Assembly: GCA_963789955.1 (NCBI GenBank)
Contig: CAWBMV010000022.1
Span: 1-64,000 of the forward strand
DNA length: 64,000 nt
Reading direction: 5' to 3'
Source of the DNA: an uncultured Candidatus Rokubacteria bacterium
Lineage (GTDB): Bacteria; Methylomirabilota; Methylomirabilia; Rokubacteriales; CSP1-6
A program made the translations under genes and the position numbers. Numbering within the stretch: the first letter of the stretch is position 1; every line of letters starts with the position of its first letter. Of the stretch, positions 32,394 through 43,012 are shown one piece after another. The notes beneath the pieces are model-generated. The model was given only the letters and a program-made list of their open reading frames with translations, made no database searches and had not been told where the DNA came from.

Positions 32394-33667
32394 GCTCCCG
32401 GCCGGGGCGTGCGCGCCGGCGGAGTCGGGGTCCCCGTCGCGCCCGGGGTGGCCGGCGCGTCGGCGGGAGCCTTGCGCACGGTCGGCTCGACCCGCGCTCC
32501 GTCCTGAACCTTCTCGGCGCCGTCCACGACGAGCGCCTCTCTGTCGGTGAGTCCGGTGCGGACCGAGATCGTCGCGCCCTCGCTCGGCCCGAGCTGCACC
32601 CGGCGCATCTGCACGACCTTGTCCGGCTTGACCACGTAGACGTACGCGCCCTGCGGGCCGCGCTGGATCGCTTCCGCGGGCGCCAGGGCCGAGTCGTGCA
32701 GCACGTCGATCAGGACCCGGGCGTTCACGAACTGGTTCGGGTAGAGGGCGCCGTCCGTGTTCCCGAACGACGCCTTCAGACGCACGGTGCCGGTCGTCGG
32801 ATCGATCTGGTTGTCGATCGCGACCAGGGTGCCCGTGGCGATCTTCGTCTTGCCCTCACGGTCGAACGCGTCCACGGGAACCTTGTTGCCGACGCGGAAG
32901 CGCCGCAGGATCGGCTGCAGGCTGTCCTCCGGCACGCTGAACACGAGCGCGATGGGCTCGAGCTGAGTGATGACGACGAGGCCGCCCGAGTCGGCCGCCT
33001 TCACGACGTTGCCCGGATCGACGAGCCGCAGGCCGACACGGCCGGTGATCGGCGCCGTGATCCGGCAGTAGGTGAGCTGCAGCTTGATCGCGTCGATCAG
33101 CCCCGCGTTCACCTTGATGGAGGCTTCGGCCTGGTTGACGACCATCTGCTGCGTGTCGAGCTGTTGGCGCGCGATCATTTCCTGCTGCGCCAGCCGCTGA
33201 TAGCGCTCGAGGTCGAGCTTCGCGTTCGCGAGGTTGGCCTGGTCGCGCGCCATCTGTCCTTCGGCCTGGGTGAGCTGCGCCTGGAAGGGGCGGGGATCGA
33301 TCTCGGCCAGCAGGTCGTCGGCGTGGACGACCTGTCCTTCCGTGAAATGCGTCTTCATCAGCTGGCCGTCGACGCGGCTCTTCACCGTGACGGTGTTGAG
33401 CGGGGTGACCGAGCCGAGCGCCGTGAGGTAAACGTTCAGGTCGCCGATGCGGACCGGCGCGACGACCACCGGAATCGGTCGCGCGGGCGCCGCGGAGCGG
33501 CCACCCGCGGTCTTCGCCGGCGGCTGCGTCTTGGCCTGGCGGCCGTAGGCGATCCAGGAGCCCGCGGCGAGGAGGCAGGCGAGGCCGAACACGATGACGG
33601 CGAGGCGACGGCTGCCACCACCACGGCGCGCGCTACCTTCCGGAATTGTTTCGCTTTCTGCTTGCAC
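32390..33667 (-). CDS. mdtA: RND periplasmic adaptor MdtA-like
   Basis: GTG 33667 follows GAGGGGG. N-terminal TM; motifs [24 protein letters not shown] and [11 protein letters not shown]. Confidence 0.9.
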   Translation of the reverse strand: MQAESETIPEGSARRGGGSRRLAVIVFGLACLLAAGSWIAYGRQAKTQPPAKTAGGRSAAPARPIPVVVAPVRIGDLNVYLTALGSVTPLNTVTVKSRVDGQLMKTHFTEGQVVHADDLLAEIDPRPFQAQLTQAEGQMARDQANLANAKLDLERYQRLAQQEMIARQQLDTQQMVVNQAEASIKVNAGLIDAIKLQLTYCRITAPITGRVGLRLVDPGNVVKAADSGGLVVITQLEPIALVFSVPEDSLQPILRRFRVGNKVPVDAFDREGKTKIATGTLVAIDNQIDPTTGTVRLKASFGNTDGALYPNQFVNARVLIDVLHDSALAPAEAIQRGPQGAYVYVVKPDKVVQMRRVQLGPSEGATISVRTGLTDREALVVDGAEKVQDGARVEPTVRKAPADAPATPGATGTPTPPARTPRPGA

Positions 33668-33815
33668 GCAGGCCCCCTCATGATGCCGACCGTTCGCCGT
33701 TCGCCGCCAGCATACCGCGGAATCCCGAAGAGGAGCCCATCGTCGAGCGGTACCGTCACTGGACGAAGGCAAGGGGCGCGTTCGTTGACGGGCGGCTCGT
33801 GTATGCTGCGTAGCC

Positions 33816-34998
33816 ATGCGTCTCCGTGGACTCTTCGCGCTCGCCGTCCTGGTGTTGATGGCCGCACCGGCCTGGGCCGATCATCCACGCTCGCCGGACG
33901 AGGTCGTGGCCGAGGTTCGTCGGGCCACCGAGCAGTATCAAGACATCGCGCGGGCCCGTGCCGACGGCTTCGTGCAGGTCAGCGGGATGGAAGCCCGCCA
34001 CGGCTATCACTTCATGAACATCAATGCGCCGATGCTCACGGCCGCGGGCATGGTCGCCAGCACGCTCGATCTCGCTCGGCCGCCGATGCTGCTCTACGTC
34101 GAGCGCGACGGGGTCTGGAAGCTGGCCGGGGTCGAATACGCGCTGACGACGCCCCCGCGTCCGAATCCGCTCCCCGGCTCCGAGTGGCACTGGCACGAAG
34201 CCTCCTGCCACTATCGAGACTATCGAGAGCAGCCCGCGCCGCGGGCATGCCGATTGCCCGACGAAGCATCCGGAGAGCAACGAGCCGTTCGTGCTGTGGC
34301 ATCCGGCCTTCGCCGTCGTCCACGTGTGGGCCTGGATCCCGAGCCCTGATGGCCCGTTCTCGGGGGAGAACGCGGCGCTCGCGCCCTACGGCGGGACGCC
34401 GGTGCCGCCGGGTCATCGCCATCCGCGCAGCGAGCCCGAGCTCGCGTATTCCCAGGTCACGCATCGCGTGGCGGGCGGGGTGCTGATCCTCGTGGCCGTG
34501 CTCACCGCGTGGGAAGCGTGGCGTCCCCGGCGATTTCCGTGGTCGGCGCTGTCCTCGATCGTCTTCATCCTGTTCGGGCTCTATCTGATTCCCACGTCCG
34601 ATCCGGAGTCGTGGCCGTGGGGGCCGGGCACCTTCATGGAGATCTTCACGGATCCGCTCGTCTTGCAGCACAAGCTCCTGGCGCTCGTGCCGCTGAGCTT
34701 CGGCGTCATCGGGGTCCTGCGCAGCGCCGGCGTGCTGGCGCGATCGTACTGGTACGCCGTGGTGCCGACCCTGGCGGTGCTCGCGGGCGCCTCGCTCTTC
34801 GTGCACTTCCACGACGGCCGCTTTCACGTGGACGCGGTCTACCTGCAGCACGCGGCGATGGGGCTGACGTCGATCGCGGCGGGCACCTTGATCTTCGCGG
34901 CCCGGCGCACCGCCGGCGGTGAAGCGCTGATCCGCTGGGGCTGGCCCGGACTCATCGGCGCGATGGGGCTGATCTTGCTCTTCTACGTGGAGCACTGA
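33816..34998 (+). CDS. Hypothetical protein: exported His/Trp-rich domain plus a multi-TM His-containing domain; probable frameshift near 34250
   Basis: Signal peptide AWA-DH, then HGYHF and WHWHE. The next frame gives WHP..VHVWAW.PSP.GPF, GHRH and about 5 TM helices with HRV, QHK, HFH and QHA. Confidence 0.65.
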
Positions 34999-35035
34999 CG
35001 GCGGCGTGAACGCGCGGGGCAGGAGGTAGTCGGCG

Positions 35036-36254
35036 ATGAGCGATCTCTCACGTCGTGACGCGGCAAAACGCATCGCGCGATTCGGTGCGCTGCTGGCCGC
35101 CGGCGGCCTCGTGGGGCCTCGCGCTTCCGCGCTCGCCCAGGACGACCCCGTCCTCGCGGGACGCCCGCTGGTGCGGTATCCCGAGAAGACCGATCTGATC
35201 TTGCTGACGTCCCGGCCGCCGCAGCTCGAGACACCGATGAAGTACTTCGACCGCGCGATCACGCCGAACGAGGCGTTCTTCGTTCGCTACCACGTGTTCC
35301 CGATCCCGCTCGAGGTCGACCTGGCCACCTGGCGGCTCCGCGTGACCGGGCGTGTCGATCGGCCGCTCGAGCTGTCGCTGGACGATCTGAAGACGAAGTT
35401 CCCGCGCGCCGCGGTGACCGCGGTCAACCAGTGCTCGGGCAACAGCCGCGGGAGATTCGCGCCCCGCGTGCTCGGGGGGGAGTGGGGCGATGGCGCGATG
35501 GGCAACGCCGAGTGGGTCGGCGCACGCCTCAAGGACGTCCTCGCCGCGGCCGGGGTGCGCCAGGGCGCCGTGCAGGCGACGTTCGACGGCCTCGACAAGC
35601 CCGCGTTTCCGTCCGTGCCCGACTTCGTCAAGAGCCTCGACATCGCGCGGATCATGGACGACCCGGACATCCTGGTCGCCTATCAGATGAACGGCGCGCC
35701 GCTGCCGATGCTGAACGGCTTCCCCGCGCGCCTCGTCGTGCCGGGCTGGTACGCGACGTACTGGGTCAAGAACCTGTCGGAGATCGAGATCGTCGATCAA
35801 CCGTTCGAGAAGTTCTGGATGAAGCCGGCCTACCGCATTCCCGACAACGCCTGCGGCTGCGTGCCGCCGGGCACCGCGCCGGCGCGCACGGTTCCGATCA
35901 ATCGCATGACGGTCCGCTCGTTCATCGCCTCGCCGGGGTCCGGCACGCGCGTGCCGGTCGGCCGGCCCGTCACGCTCAAGGGCATCGCCTTCGACAGCGG
36001 CTACGGCATTCAAGAGGTGCAGATGTCGGTCGACGGCAGGCGCCACGTGGCGGCGGACCGACCTCGGCGGCGACCTCGGACGCTACTCGTTTCGTGAGTG
36101 GTCCGCGACGTGGACGCCGAGCCAGGCGGGACCGGCGCGCGTGATGGTGCGCGCGTTCAACCGGATCGGTGAGTCACAGGGCCGCGAGCCCCTCTGGAAT
36201 CCCGCGGGCTACCTCCGCAACGTGATCGAGCACGTCGATCTGCAGGTCGGATAG
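35036..36254 (+). CDS. sorA: Sulfite:cytochrome c oxidoreductase molybdoprotein subunit (Tat-exported); frameshift near 36040
   Basis: SRRDA Tat signal. Motifs RPPQLETP, FFVRYH, NQCSGNSR (Mo-ligand Cys) and NGFPARLVVPGWY. C-terminal WNPAGYLRNVIE lies in a shifted frame ending at TAG 36254. Confidence 0.88.
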
Positions 36255-36263
36255 GCGACCGCC

Positions 36264-36572
36264 ATGCGACGTCTCCTCGGGCCCGGTCTCCTGGTTCTGG
36301 CGCTCGCCGCGGCGGCCGTTGCCGCCGACAAGACGATCCCGATGCCGGCCGATCATGCCTACGCCACGCTCAAGCCCGGCGCCGGCGTCGAGGTCACGCG
36401 CCAGCAGTGCGTGTCCTGCCACTCCACCGACTACATCGTCATGCAGCCGCACGGCAACGCGAAGCAATGGGATGGCGTCGTGACCAAGATGATCAAGGTC
36501 TTCGGCGCGCCGGTCAGCGACCAGGACGCGAAGACGATCGTGGAGTATCTGGCGACGCAGTACGGCAACTGA
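36264..36572 (+). CDS. sorB: Monoheme cytochrome c subunit of sulfite dehydrogenase
   Basis: Signal peptide, CVSCH, DYI..QP and W...V.KMIKVFGAP; adjacent to sorA. Confidence 0.9.
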   Translation: MRRLLGPGLLVLALAAAAVAADKTIPMPADHAYATLKPGAGVEVTRQQCVSCHSTDYIVMQPHGNAKQWDGVVTKMIKVFGAPVSDQDAKTIVEYLATQYGN

Positions 36573-36610
36573 TCGACACGTCGAACCCGGCGTTCTCCTC
36601 GAGCTTGGAT

Positions 36611-36979
36611 TCAGCTGGGGGGAGCGTAGCGCGCGTCCACGTAGACCCAGGCCCGAGCGCCTGACCGGAGGATCGCGCCGATACGCTTGTAGGCCGCCAC
36701 CTCGTACTTGTCCGCGTTCTGGAGCTCTTCCGCGGTGATCCGGAACACGGTGCCGGCGACGGTGTCGGTCTCGCGCCCGGTGAACGCGACGATCGGGTGA
36801 TGAGTCTTTCCGCTCGTCGCGACGACCTCCGCGTCTTCGATCTTCATCATCGACTGCGCGAATCCGGGCAGCTCGTCCGGCGTGCCCTCCAGCTTCCGGC
36901 CGAAGGTGGACAGCTGCACCGCCTCGATCTGCAGGGTGCCGTACGAGAACAAGAGCTCGGTCGTGGGTTGTTCAGGCAT
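36611..36979 (-). CDS. Gamma-glutamylcyclotransferase (AIG2-like) family protein
   Basis: Motifs LFSYGTL, V.GTVF, ADKYE..Y.R and AWVY. Confidence 0.88.
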   Translation of the reverse strand: MPEQPTTELLFSYGTLQIEAVQLSTFGRKLEGTPDELPGFAQSMMKIEDAEVVATSGKTHHPIVAFTGRETDTVAGTVFRITAEELQNADKYEVAAYKRIGAILRSGARAWVYVDARYAPPS

Positions 36980-37029
36980 AGGGCTCGTCGAGGTAGGGTA
37001 TCACTCACGCGAAGCCCCGCAGCGCGGGC

Positions 37030-38064
37030 TCAGCGCTGGGGCCGCGCTCGATAGGTCTCGAACAGCGATTCCAGAATGGCCCGCTCGCCCGCGAAGAGCT
37101 CGAAGGTTCGCGTCGCCATCAGGTGGGCGCCCCGAACCAGACGCGCGCGCTCGATCGCGGTGCTGCCGACCGTCGAGTCGCCCTCGCACGGAGCGATGAG
37201 CGCGACGTTCACGCCGTCGACGGCCTCTTCGCCGGTGGCCAGGCGTCGGCCGCGGTTGAGCGCCTCGTGCATCGAGGCGAAGGCGCGCATGAGCGCGGGA
37301 TAGCGGCGGCCCATCATCATATAGAAGAGGCTCCGCTCCCAGAGGCGCGGCCTCGCCATCGGCGCATCGCACCGGCTGCTCGCCAGCACCAGGATGTCGG
37401 TGCAGCCGTTTTCGATCGCTCGCGCGACCGGCAGCGAGTCGGACACGCCGCCATCGACGAACTCCCGCCCGTCCAGGACGATCCGCCGGTTGTACAGCAC
37501 CGGAAGCGCGCTCGAGGCCTTGAGCAGCAGCGGGACCGGCTCCGATCGTGCCCGCACATCGAGCAGCTCGTTCAGGCCGGACCGCGCGTCGGTGACCGAG
37601 AGCAAGAATCGGACGCGCGAGGCGCGGATCGCGGCGTCGTCCAGCGGCTTGTGGAGCGAGATGATGCGATCGTAGGCGTAATCGACGTCGACGATCTTGA
37701 AGACGCGCCACGGGTTGATGAAGCGACGGTTGGCGATGTCGTCGAAGTAGACGGTCATGCCGAGCTTGCCTTGCCCGGAGAGAAAATACGCCGCGTTCAC
37801 GCCGCCGGCGGACGCCGCGTAGATCTCGTCGAAGATCTCCCGGAAGCCGAGGAGATCGAGCGCCAGGAGACTTCCGGCGGAGATGACGCCCCGCATGCCG
37901 CCGCCTTCGATGACGAGCCCGAGCTTGCGCGATGGGTCGGGTTTATTCCGGCCCGCCGGTGAAGCGCGCTCGAGGATGAGATCGATGACTCGCCGGGGAT
38001 GGGTGCCGGCAAGCGACGCAGCGCGCGGCGCGTTGGTCATGATGGCGCGCTCCAACTCTGTCAT
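37030..38064 (-). CDS. Patatin-like phospholipase
   Basis: Motifs EGGGMRG, AASAG (GxSxG variant), ASSALP and DGG. Confidence 0.88.
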   Translation of the reverse strand: MTELERAIMTNAPRAASLAGTHPRRVIDLILERASPAGRNKPDPSRKLGLVIEGGGMRGVISAGSLLALDLLGFREIFDEIYAASAGGVNAAYFLSGQGKLGMTVYFDDIANRRFINPWRVFKIVDVDYAYDRIISLHKPLDDAAIRASRVRFLLSVTDARSGLNELLDVRARSEPVPLLLKASSALPVLYNRRIVLDGREFVDGGVSDSLPVARAIENGCTDILVLASSRCDAPMARPRLWERSLFYMMMGRRYPALMRAFASMHEALNRGRRLATGEEAVDGVNVALIAPCEGDSTVGSTAIERARLVRGAHLMATRTFELFAGERAILESLFETYRARPQR

Positions 38065-38118
38065 TTTGCGACGCGAGGGCGGTCGCGGTCAACACGACCA
38101 CCGCGACGGGAGCGAATG

Positions 38119-39069
38119 TCAGCGGCCGCCGAGCGGCACGCGCTCGATCGTGAAGCCGCGTTCAGCCAGGAGCTTCTGCAGCGGCGCGTCGCCGACCATG
38201 TGCAGCACGCCCGCCGCCGCGAAGAGGCGCCGGCCGTCGCGATGCAGCTCGTCGATGCGCGCGGCGATGGCCGGGTTGCGCGCGCCCGCCATGCGTTCCA
38301 GCGCGGCCCGCGCCTCGGCGGGCTCGTAAAGGCGCGCCAGCGCGTCGAGGTCACCGCGGGCCCAGGCGTTCGCGATGACGGCCATGGCCTTACGGGCGGA
38401 GCCGTTCTCGACGGCCATGAGCCGCTGGTCGACCTCGACCGCCTGCTCGGCCGGCGAGCCCGCGACGATCGCGGCGCGCTGGATCGCGACCGTCTCGAGC
38501 GTCACGAGGTTCTTGCCCGTCTTTCGCGCGAAGCTCGCCAGCACCGCCTCGATCGAGTAGTCCGTGTGGAGCCCGTCCCAGCGGGCGTCGAGCAAGGTCA
38601 GCCGCGTGACCATCATCAGGGGCGGCATCGCCTCGAGGCTTTCCCAGGGCTCGCAGGCGCGGGCGGCCTGTGCGCGGAGACGGTCGAGCAGCCTGGGGGG
38701 AAGCGATGGAGCCTCGTGGGGCTTCTGGGGGGCGGCCATGCCCGCGCCCGTGGCCGGATCGCCGGGGTCGGCCTCGATCGCGACCGTCTCGGCGTCGCGG
38801 AGGGCGCGCCCGATCGTCGGGCCCGGCATCGCCCAGTCGAGATTCGCGATGTGGATGGTGCCGTAGAGGTAGCCGGCGCGCCCGTCCTTTTCGAATCGCC
38901 AGAGCGCGCCGTGATCCCGCGCGTTCCGACCCGCTTCCGCGAGCTCAGCCTGCGTGGGGACGACGACCGACGGCGGACAGGTGATCTCGGCCGACCGGGC
39001 ATGGATGCAGAGCGCGAGCGTAGGAAGGAAGACCGCGACGAGGACGCTCAGACGGGCCGGTCGAGGCAA
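38119..39069 (-). CDS. TraB/GumN family protein, exported
   Basis: Signal peptide. Motifs LWRFEK..YLYGTIH, LET..Q, RN and FAAAGVLHM.G. Confidence 0.85.
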   Translation of the reverse strand: MPRPARLSVLVAVFLPTLALCIHARSAEITCPPSVVVPTQAELAEAGRNARDHGALWRFEKDGRAGYLYGTIHIANLDWAMPGPTIGRALRDAETVAIEADPGDPATGAGMAAPQKPHEAPSLPPRLLDRLRAQAARACEPWESLEAMPPLMMVTRLTLLDARWDGLHTDYSIEAVLASFARKTGKNLVTLETVAIQRAAIVAGSPAEQAVEVDQRLMAVENGSARKAMAVIANAWARGDLDALARLYEPAEARAALERMAGARNPAIAARIDELHRDGRRLFAAAGVLHMVGDAPLQKLLAERGFTIERVPLGGR

Positions 39070-39153
39070 AAGTCAGCTCCGCGGCCACGAGCATACGCCG
39101 CTACTGCCCATCGTCCGGAAAATAGCCAGGCGAGGATGCTGTGGATATGGATG

Positions 39154-39169
39154 AGCACGTGGTGTGCCA
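39154..39169 (-). promoter_or_regulatory. Candidate sigma-54 (-24/-12) promoter
   Basis: Minus strand TGGCAC-ACCAC-GTGCT gives GG-N10-GC spacing, about 85 nt upstream of the TraB/GumN gene. Confidence 0.55.
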
Positions 39170-39318
39170 GATACCGAGCGCGCGGGGCGACCGACACTTA
39201 CGTGCGTTTCCGGCACGTTTCGTCGAGCGAGCGCGACGATTCTTGCCACTGATGTGGCCAAAGAGGCCGCGAAATCTGTGTCGTTCCGGAGATCAGGCTG
39301 CCGTATCGTAAAGATTGA

Positions 39319-40473
39319 ATGGGTGGTGCAGAGCTCCTCATCGCGATCGCGCACATCCTCACGACCGAGGCGGACCTCACCGAGGCGCTGCGCCTCGTCG
39401 TGCGCGAGGTCGTGCGCTTCGTCGGGGCCGAGACCGGCGCGGCGTACCGCGTCGATCCGGAGCGCCGTCTCCTCGTGCCGGTCGCCGCATATCGGGTCCC
39501 CCACCATGCGCTGTCGATCCTGACCTCGGCGCTCTTGCCGATCGACGAGCAGGGCTTCCGCGAGAGCGTGTTCGCCGGGGCCACCATCACGTCGAGTGAC
39601 GACGTCCAGAACGACCCGCGCTTCGCCTACGAGCTGTTCCACCAGTTCCCCCATCGCTCGGGCGTGATCGTGCCCATTCACCTCGGCGGCGACGTGGCGG
39701 GCGCGCTCTATCTGGTGTGGTGGGAGCGGGCGGAGCGCTTCGATCTGGCGCGGGTGGCGATGCTGGAGGCGGTCAGCCAGCAGCTGGCGCTGCTGCTGCG
39801 CTCGGCGCGGCTTCGCGCCGAGGCGCTCGCCGCCGAGGCGCGCTACCACGGCCTCGTCGAGCACGTCCCGGTCGGCATCTTCCGCACGACGCCGAGCGGT
39901 CAGATTCTCGACGCCAACCCGGCGATGCTCGAGCTCTTGAAGTTCAAGGATCGGGAGGCCCTGCTCGGCGTCAACGCCACGGCCCTGTACGTCGATCCCG
40001 AAGACCGCGAGCGGTGGCACCAGCTGCGGGATGCCGCGGGCGTCACCCGAGATTTTCACTGCGAGCTGCGCACGCATGACGGCGGGACCGTGTGGGTCCG
40101 GCTGAACGCGCGTCTCGTGCGGGACGGCGAGCACGAATACTGGGAGGGGACGGTCGAGGACATTACCAGCCAGCGCCGTGCCGACGAGGCCGAGCGGCGC
40201 GCCGAGACGCTGCGCGCCGTCGCTCAGCTCGCGAACGCGGCGGCCCACGAGATCAACAACCCGCTCGCGGTGATCGTCGGCCGCCTCGAGCTCCTGCGTC
40301 GCGATCTCACCACGGACCAGCGGGGAAGGCTCGCCCCGATCGTCGAGGCGTCGAAGCAGATCGCCAAGATCATCACGCACATGGGGCGACTGACCCGGCT
40401 GGAAACGCTCGACGACCTTCCGGCGTCCCCGATGCTGGACCTGCGTCGATCCGCGGAGCAGCTGACCAAGTAA
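39319..40473 (+). CDS. GAF-PAS-HisKA protein lacking a HATPase domain
   Basis: GAF (DDVQNDPRF..VPI), PAS (ILDANPA..WVR..EDIT) and H-box AAHEINNPLA. The gene ends about 70 aa later with no N or G boxes. Confidence 0.85.
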   Translation: MGGAELLIAIAHILTTEADLTEALRLVVREVVRFVGAETGAAYRVDPERRLLVPVAAYRVPHHALSILTSALLPIDEQGFRESVFAGATITSSDDVQNDPRFAYELFHQFPHRSGVIVPIHLGGDVAGALYLVWWERAERFDLARVAMLEAVSQQLALLLRSARLRAEALAAEARYHGLVEHVPVGIFRTTPSGQILDANPAMLELLKFKDREALLGVNATALYVDPEDRERWHQLRDAAGVTRDFHCELRTHDGGTVWVRLNARLVRDGEHEYWEGTVEDITSQRRADEAERRAETLRAVAQLANAAAHEINNPLAVIVGRLELLRRDLTTDQRGRLAPIVEASKQIAKIITHMGRLTRLETLDDLPASPMLDLRRSAEQLTK

Positions 40474-40480
40474 GACCGCT

Positions 40481-42032
40481 CTAGCCTGCCGGCGCTCCTG
40501 GCGGATCCTTGAAGAAGGTCCCGGTGAACACGACGGAGTTGGGAAAGACGACGACCCGACCCGTCGGCTTCAGCGGCTCACCGGCCAGCTCGTGGAGCTT
40601 GACCCGCACGAGGCCGATCTCCGCCACCTCGCCGTGCACGTACCCGAACGGCCCCTGGAGGCTCACCCGATCGCCGATGCGGATCCCGTTCGGCGCGACC
40701 ATCGTGAAGTAGCCGGCGACCGCGAGGATCACATTCTGGAGCGCGAAGGCGATGCCGGCCGCCGCGAAGCCGAGCGCGGTCACGAGGGCGGCCATCTCGC
40801 TGGTGAAGTGAAAGATCAACACGAGGGCGACCGCCACGGTCAGGACGATGCTCCGAGCGGTCAGGAACAAGCGCCGGCGCGCGGCATCGGTCACGTACCG
40901 CGCGACGGCGACCCGCCACAGCACGCCGCCGACGAAGATCACGGCGAGCGCGACCAGGACTCCGAGGAGGTCGAGCGCCAACCCCTGCAGGACCTGCCAC
41001 GACTGTCGATCGACGACCTCGTTCCAGCCTTTGAGGTCGCTGGCGTAGCGCCGGGCGAGCGCAGCCTCGTCGCGCAGAGGCAGCAAGACCGCCGCCATGA
41101 GCTTGCGCCGCTCGAGCAAGTTGCGAAACTCGCGCTGGCTGTCGTCCAGTGACGTCCCGGAATCCGTGGGGTTCTTGGCCAGTGCTTCCAGGCGGGTGAG
41201 GATCGGTCGCAGGCCCGCGCGCGCCGCCTTGGCCTCTTCGTCGAGACTGCGGACCAGATTGTTGGTCGCCGTCTCGAGATCCTCCAGACGGCTCCGGCTG
41301 CGCTGCAGCGCGAGCAGTCGCTGGACCATCCCCCACGTACCCGATCCGGATCCCGAGGACGTCGCGGCGCCGGATTGGGGCGCCGTCGCGGACCCGAGCT
41401 CCGGCACGGCCTCCTTCATCCCGTCGATCTGATGCTCGAGATCGTCGTCGGCGCCCGAGCCCGAGGAGCTGAGCTCGCGAAGCTGAGCGAAAAACTCGAC
41501 GCGCGCGCGGTCGAGCTCGAGCTTGTTCTGCGCGGCGGCGAGCTCGACCTGGAGAGCCGATCGCCGCTGGGGCTCGGCACGGAGCCGCGCGCGCAGCTTC
41601 TCGACGTCCTGCTCGTCCTGGCGGATCGTCGTCTCGAGCTTCTTCAGCTCCTCGGCGCGCCGCCCGCTGGTCGCCGAGGCCAGCGCGCTGTCGCGGCTGA
41701 GCAGCGCGGCCTCGGCGCGCGCGACATCGAACGCGCGGCCGACCAGCCGGAGAGCGGTCTGCTCGTCGGCCGGGCCGAACACGCCGCTGCCCTCGACAGA
41801 ACGCATCACGATGCGCGCCTGGCGGTACCAGGTCATCGCCCGATTCAAGGACGCCAGGACCTGCTCCGGCGATGCGGGCCGCCGGCGGGGGCTGATTCGG
41901 CGGCGCCGCGGGCTTGGCGCCCGGTGGCGCGTCGTCGGCACTCGCACAGGGCCACGCGGTCCCGCCGAGCGTCATTCCGGCGACGGACAGCACGAGTAGC
42001 AGGCGGGCTAGCCGCGTGCGCATCGACACCAT
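40481..42032 (-). CDS. MscS-family mechanosensitive channel with a large N-terminal periplasmic helical region; frameshift near 41890
   Basis: Signal peptide and coiled-coil, then GIAFALQNVI, IRIGDRV, GEV.EIGL and VFPNS. Confidence 0.82.
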
Positions 42033-42103
42033 TATGTGTAGCTTACGACCTCGATCCGGTCGGCCGCCACCGAACGCGCGTTCGGCCGGCCGATCGCGGC
42101 GGC

Positions 42104-43012
42104 TCAGCTCGGTCCCAGACGCGGATCGAGCGCGTCGCGCAGCCCGTCACCGAGCAGATTGAAGCCGAGCACCGAGAGCATGATGGCCGCGCCCGGAAAG
42201 CAGAAGACCCACCAGGCGCCGCTGGTGAAGTACTTGTACGAGTCGGCGAGCATCGCGCCCCACTCGGGGGTCGGCGGCTGCGCGCCGAGCCCGAGAAAGC
42301 CGAGCGCCGCGGCCTCGAGGATCGCGAAGGCGATCGAGAGCGTCGTCTGCACGATCAAGGGCGGCAAGCTGTTGGGCACGATGTGGCTCGCGAGAACGCG
42401 CCAGCCGCTGCAGCCGAGGCCCTGGGCCGCCAGCACGAACTCCTGCTCGCGCAGCGCCAGCACCGAGGCGCGGCTCAGCCGCGCGTAGGCGGGGATCGAG
42501 ACCAGGCTGATCGCGAACAGCGAATTGCGAAGACCGGGACCGATCATGGCCACGATCGCGATGGCCAGCAAGGTCGCCGGGAAGGCGAGCACGATGTCCA
42601 TGCAGAACATCACGACCAGGTCGGCGCGGCCCCGGAGGTAGCCGGCGAGGAACCCGAGCGCCGAGCCGAGCACGGTGGCCAGCGCGACGGCGCTCATCGC
42701 CAGCCCGAGCGACACGCGTGTCGCGTGGAGAATGCGGACGAGGATGTCTCGGCCGAGGCTGTCGGTGCCGAACGGATGCGCCGCCGTCGGCGGCTTCAGC
42801 CTCACGGTGAGGTCGGCGTCCGTCCGCGCGTCGTAGACGTGCACGAGGGGCGTCAGCAGCGCCACCAGCACGAAGGCCACGACCATGATCAGTCCGGCGC
42901 GCGCCGCCGGGCTCGCCACGAGCCGTCGCCACGCCGCCGAGGCCGGGCTTCGACCTGGCTCCGCGACCGCCACCGCTGCGCGATCCACCGCGACTTCGTA
43001 CGTCGTCATCAC
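42104..43012 (-). CDS. dppC: Peptide ABC transporter permease (DppC-like)
   Basis: Motifs HPFGTDSLGRD, EFVLAAQGLG, LGFLGLGAQPPTPEWG and NLLGDGLRDALDP. Confidence 0.88.
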   Translation of the reverse strand: MMTTYEVAVDRAAVAVAEPGRSPASAAWRRLVASPAARAGLIMVVAFVLVALLTPLVHVYDARTDADLTVRLKPPTAAHPFGTDSLGRDILVRILHATRVSLGLAMSAVALATVLGSALGFLAGYLRGRADLVVMFCMDIVLAFPATLLAIAIVAMIGPGLRNSLFAISLVSIPAYARLSRASVLALREQEFVLAAQGLGCSGWRVLASHIVPNSLPPLIVQTTLSIAFAILEAAALGFLGLGAQPPTPEWGAMLADSYKYFTSGAWWVFCFPGAAIMLSVLGFNLLGDGLRDALDPRLGPS

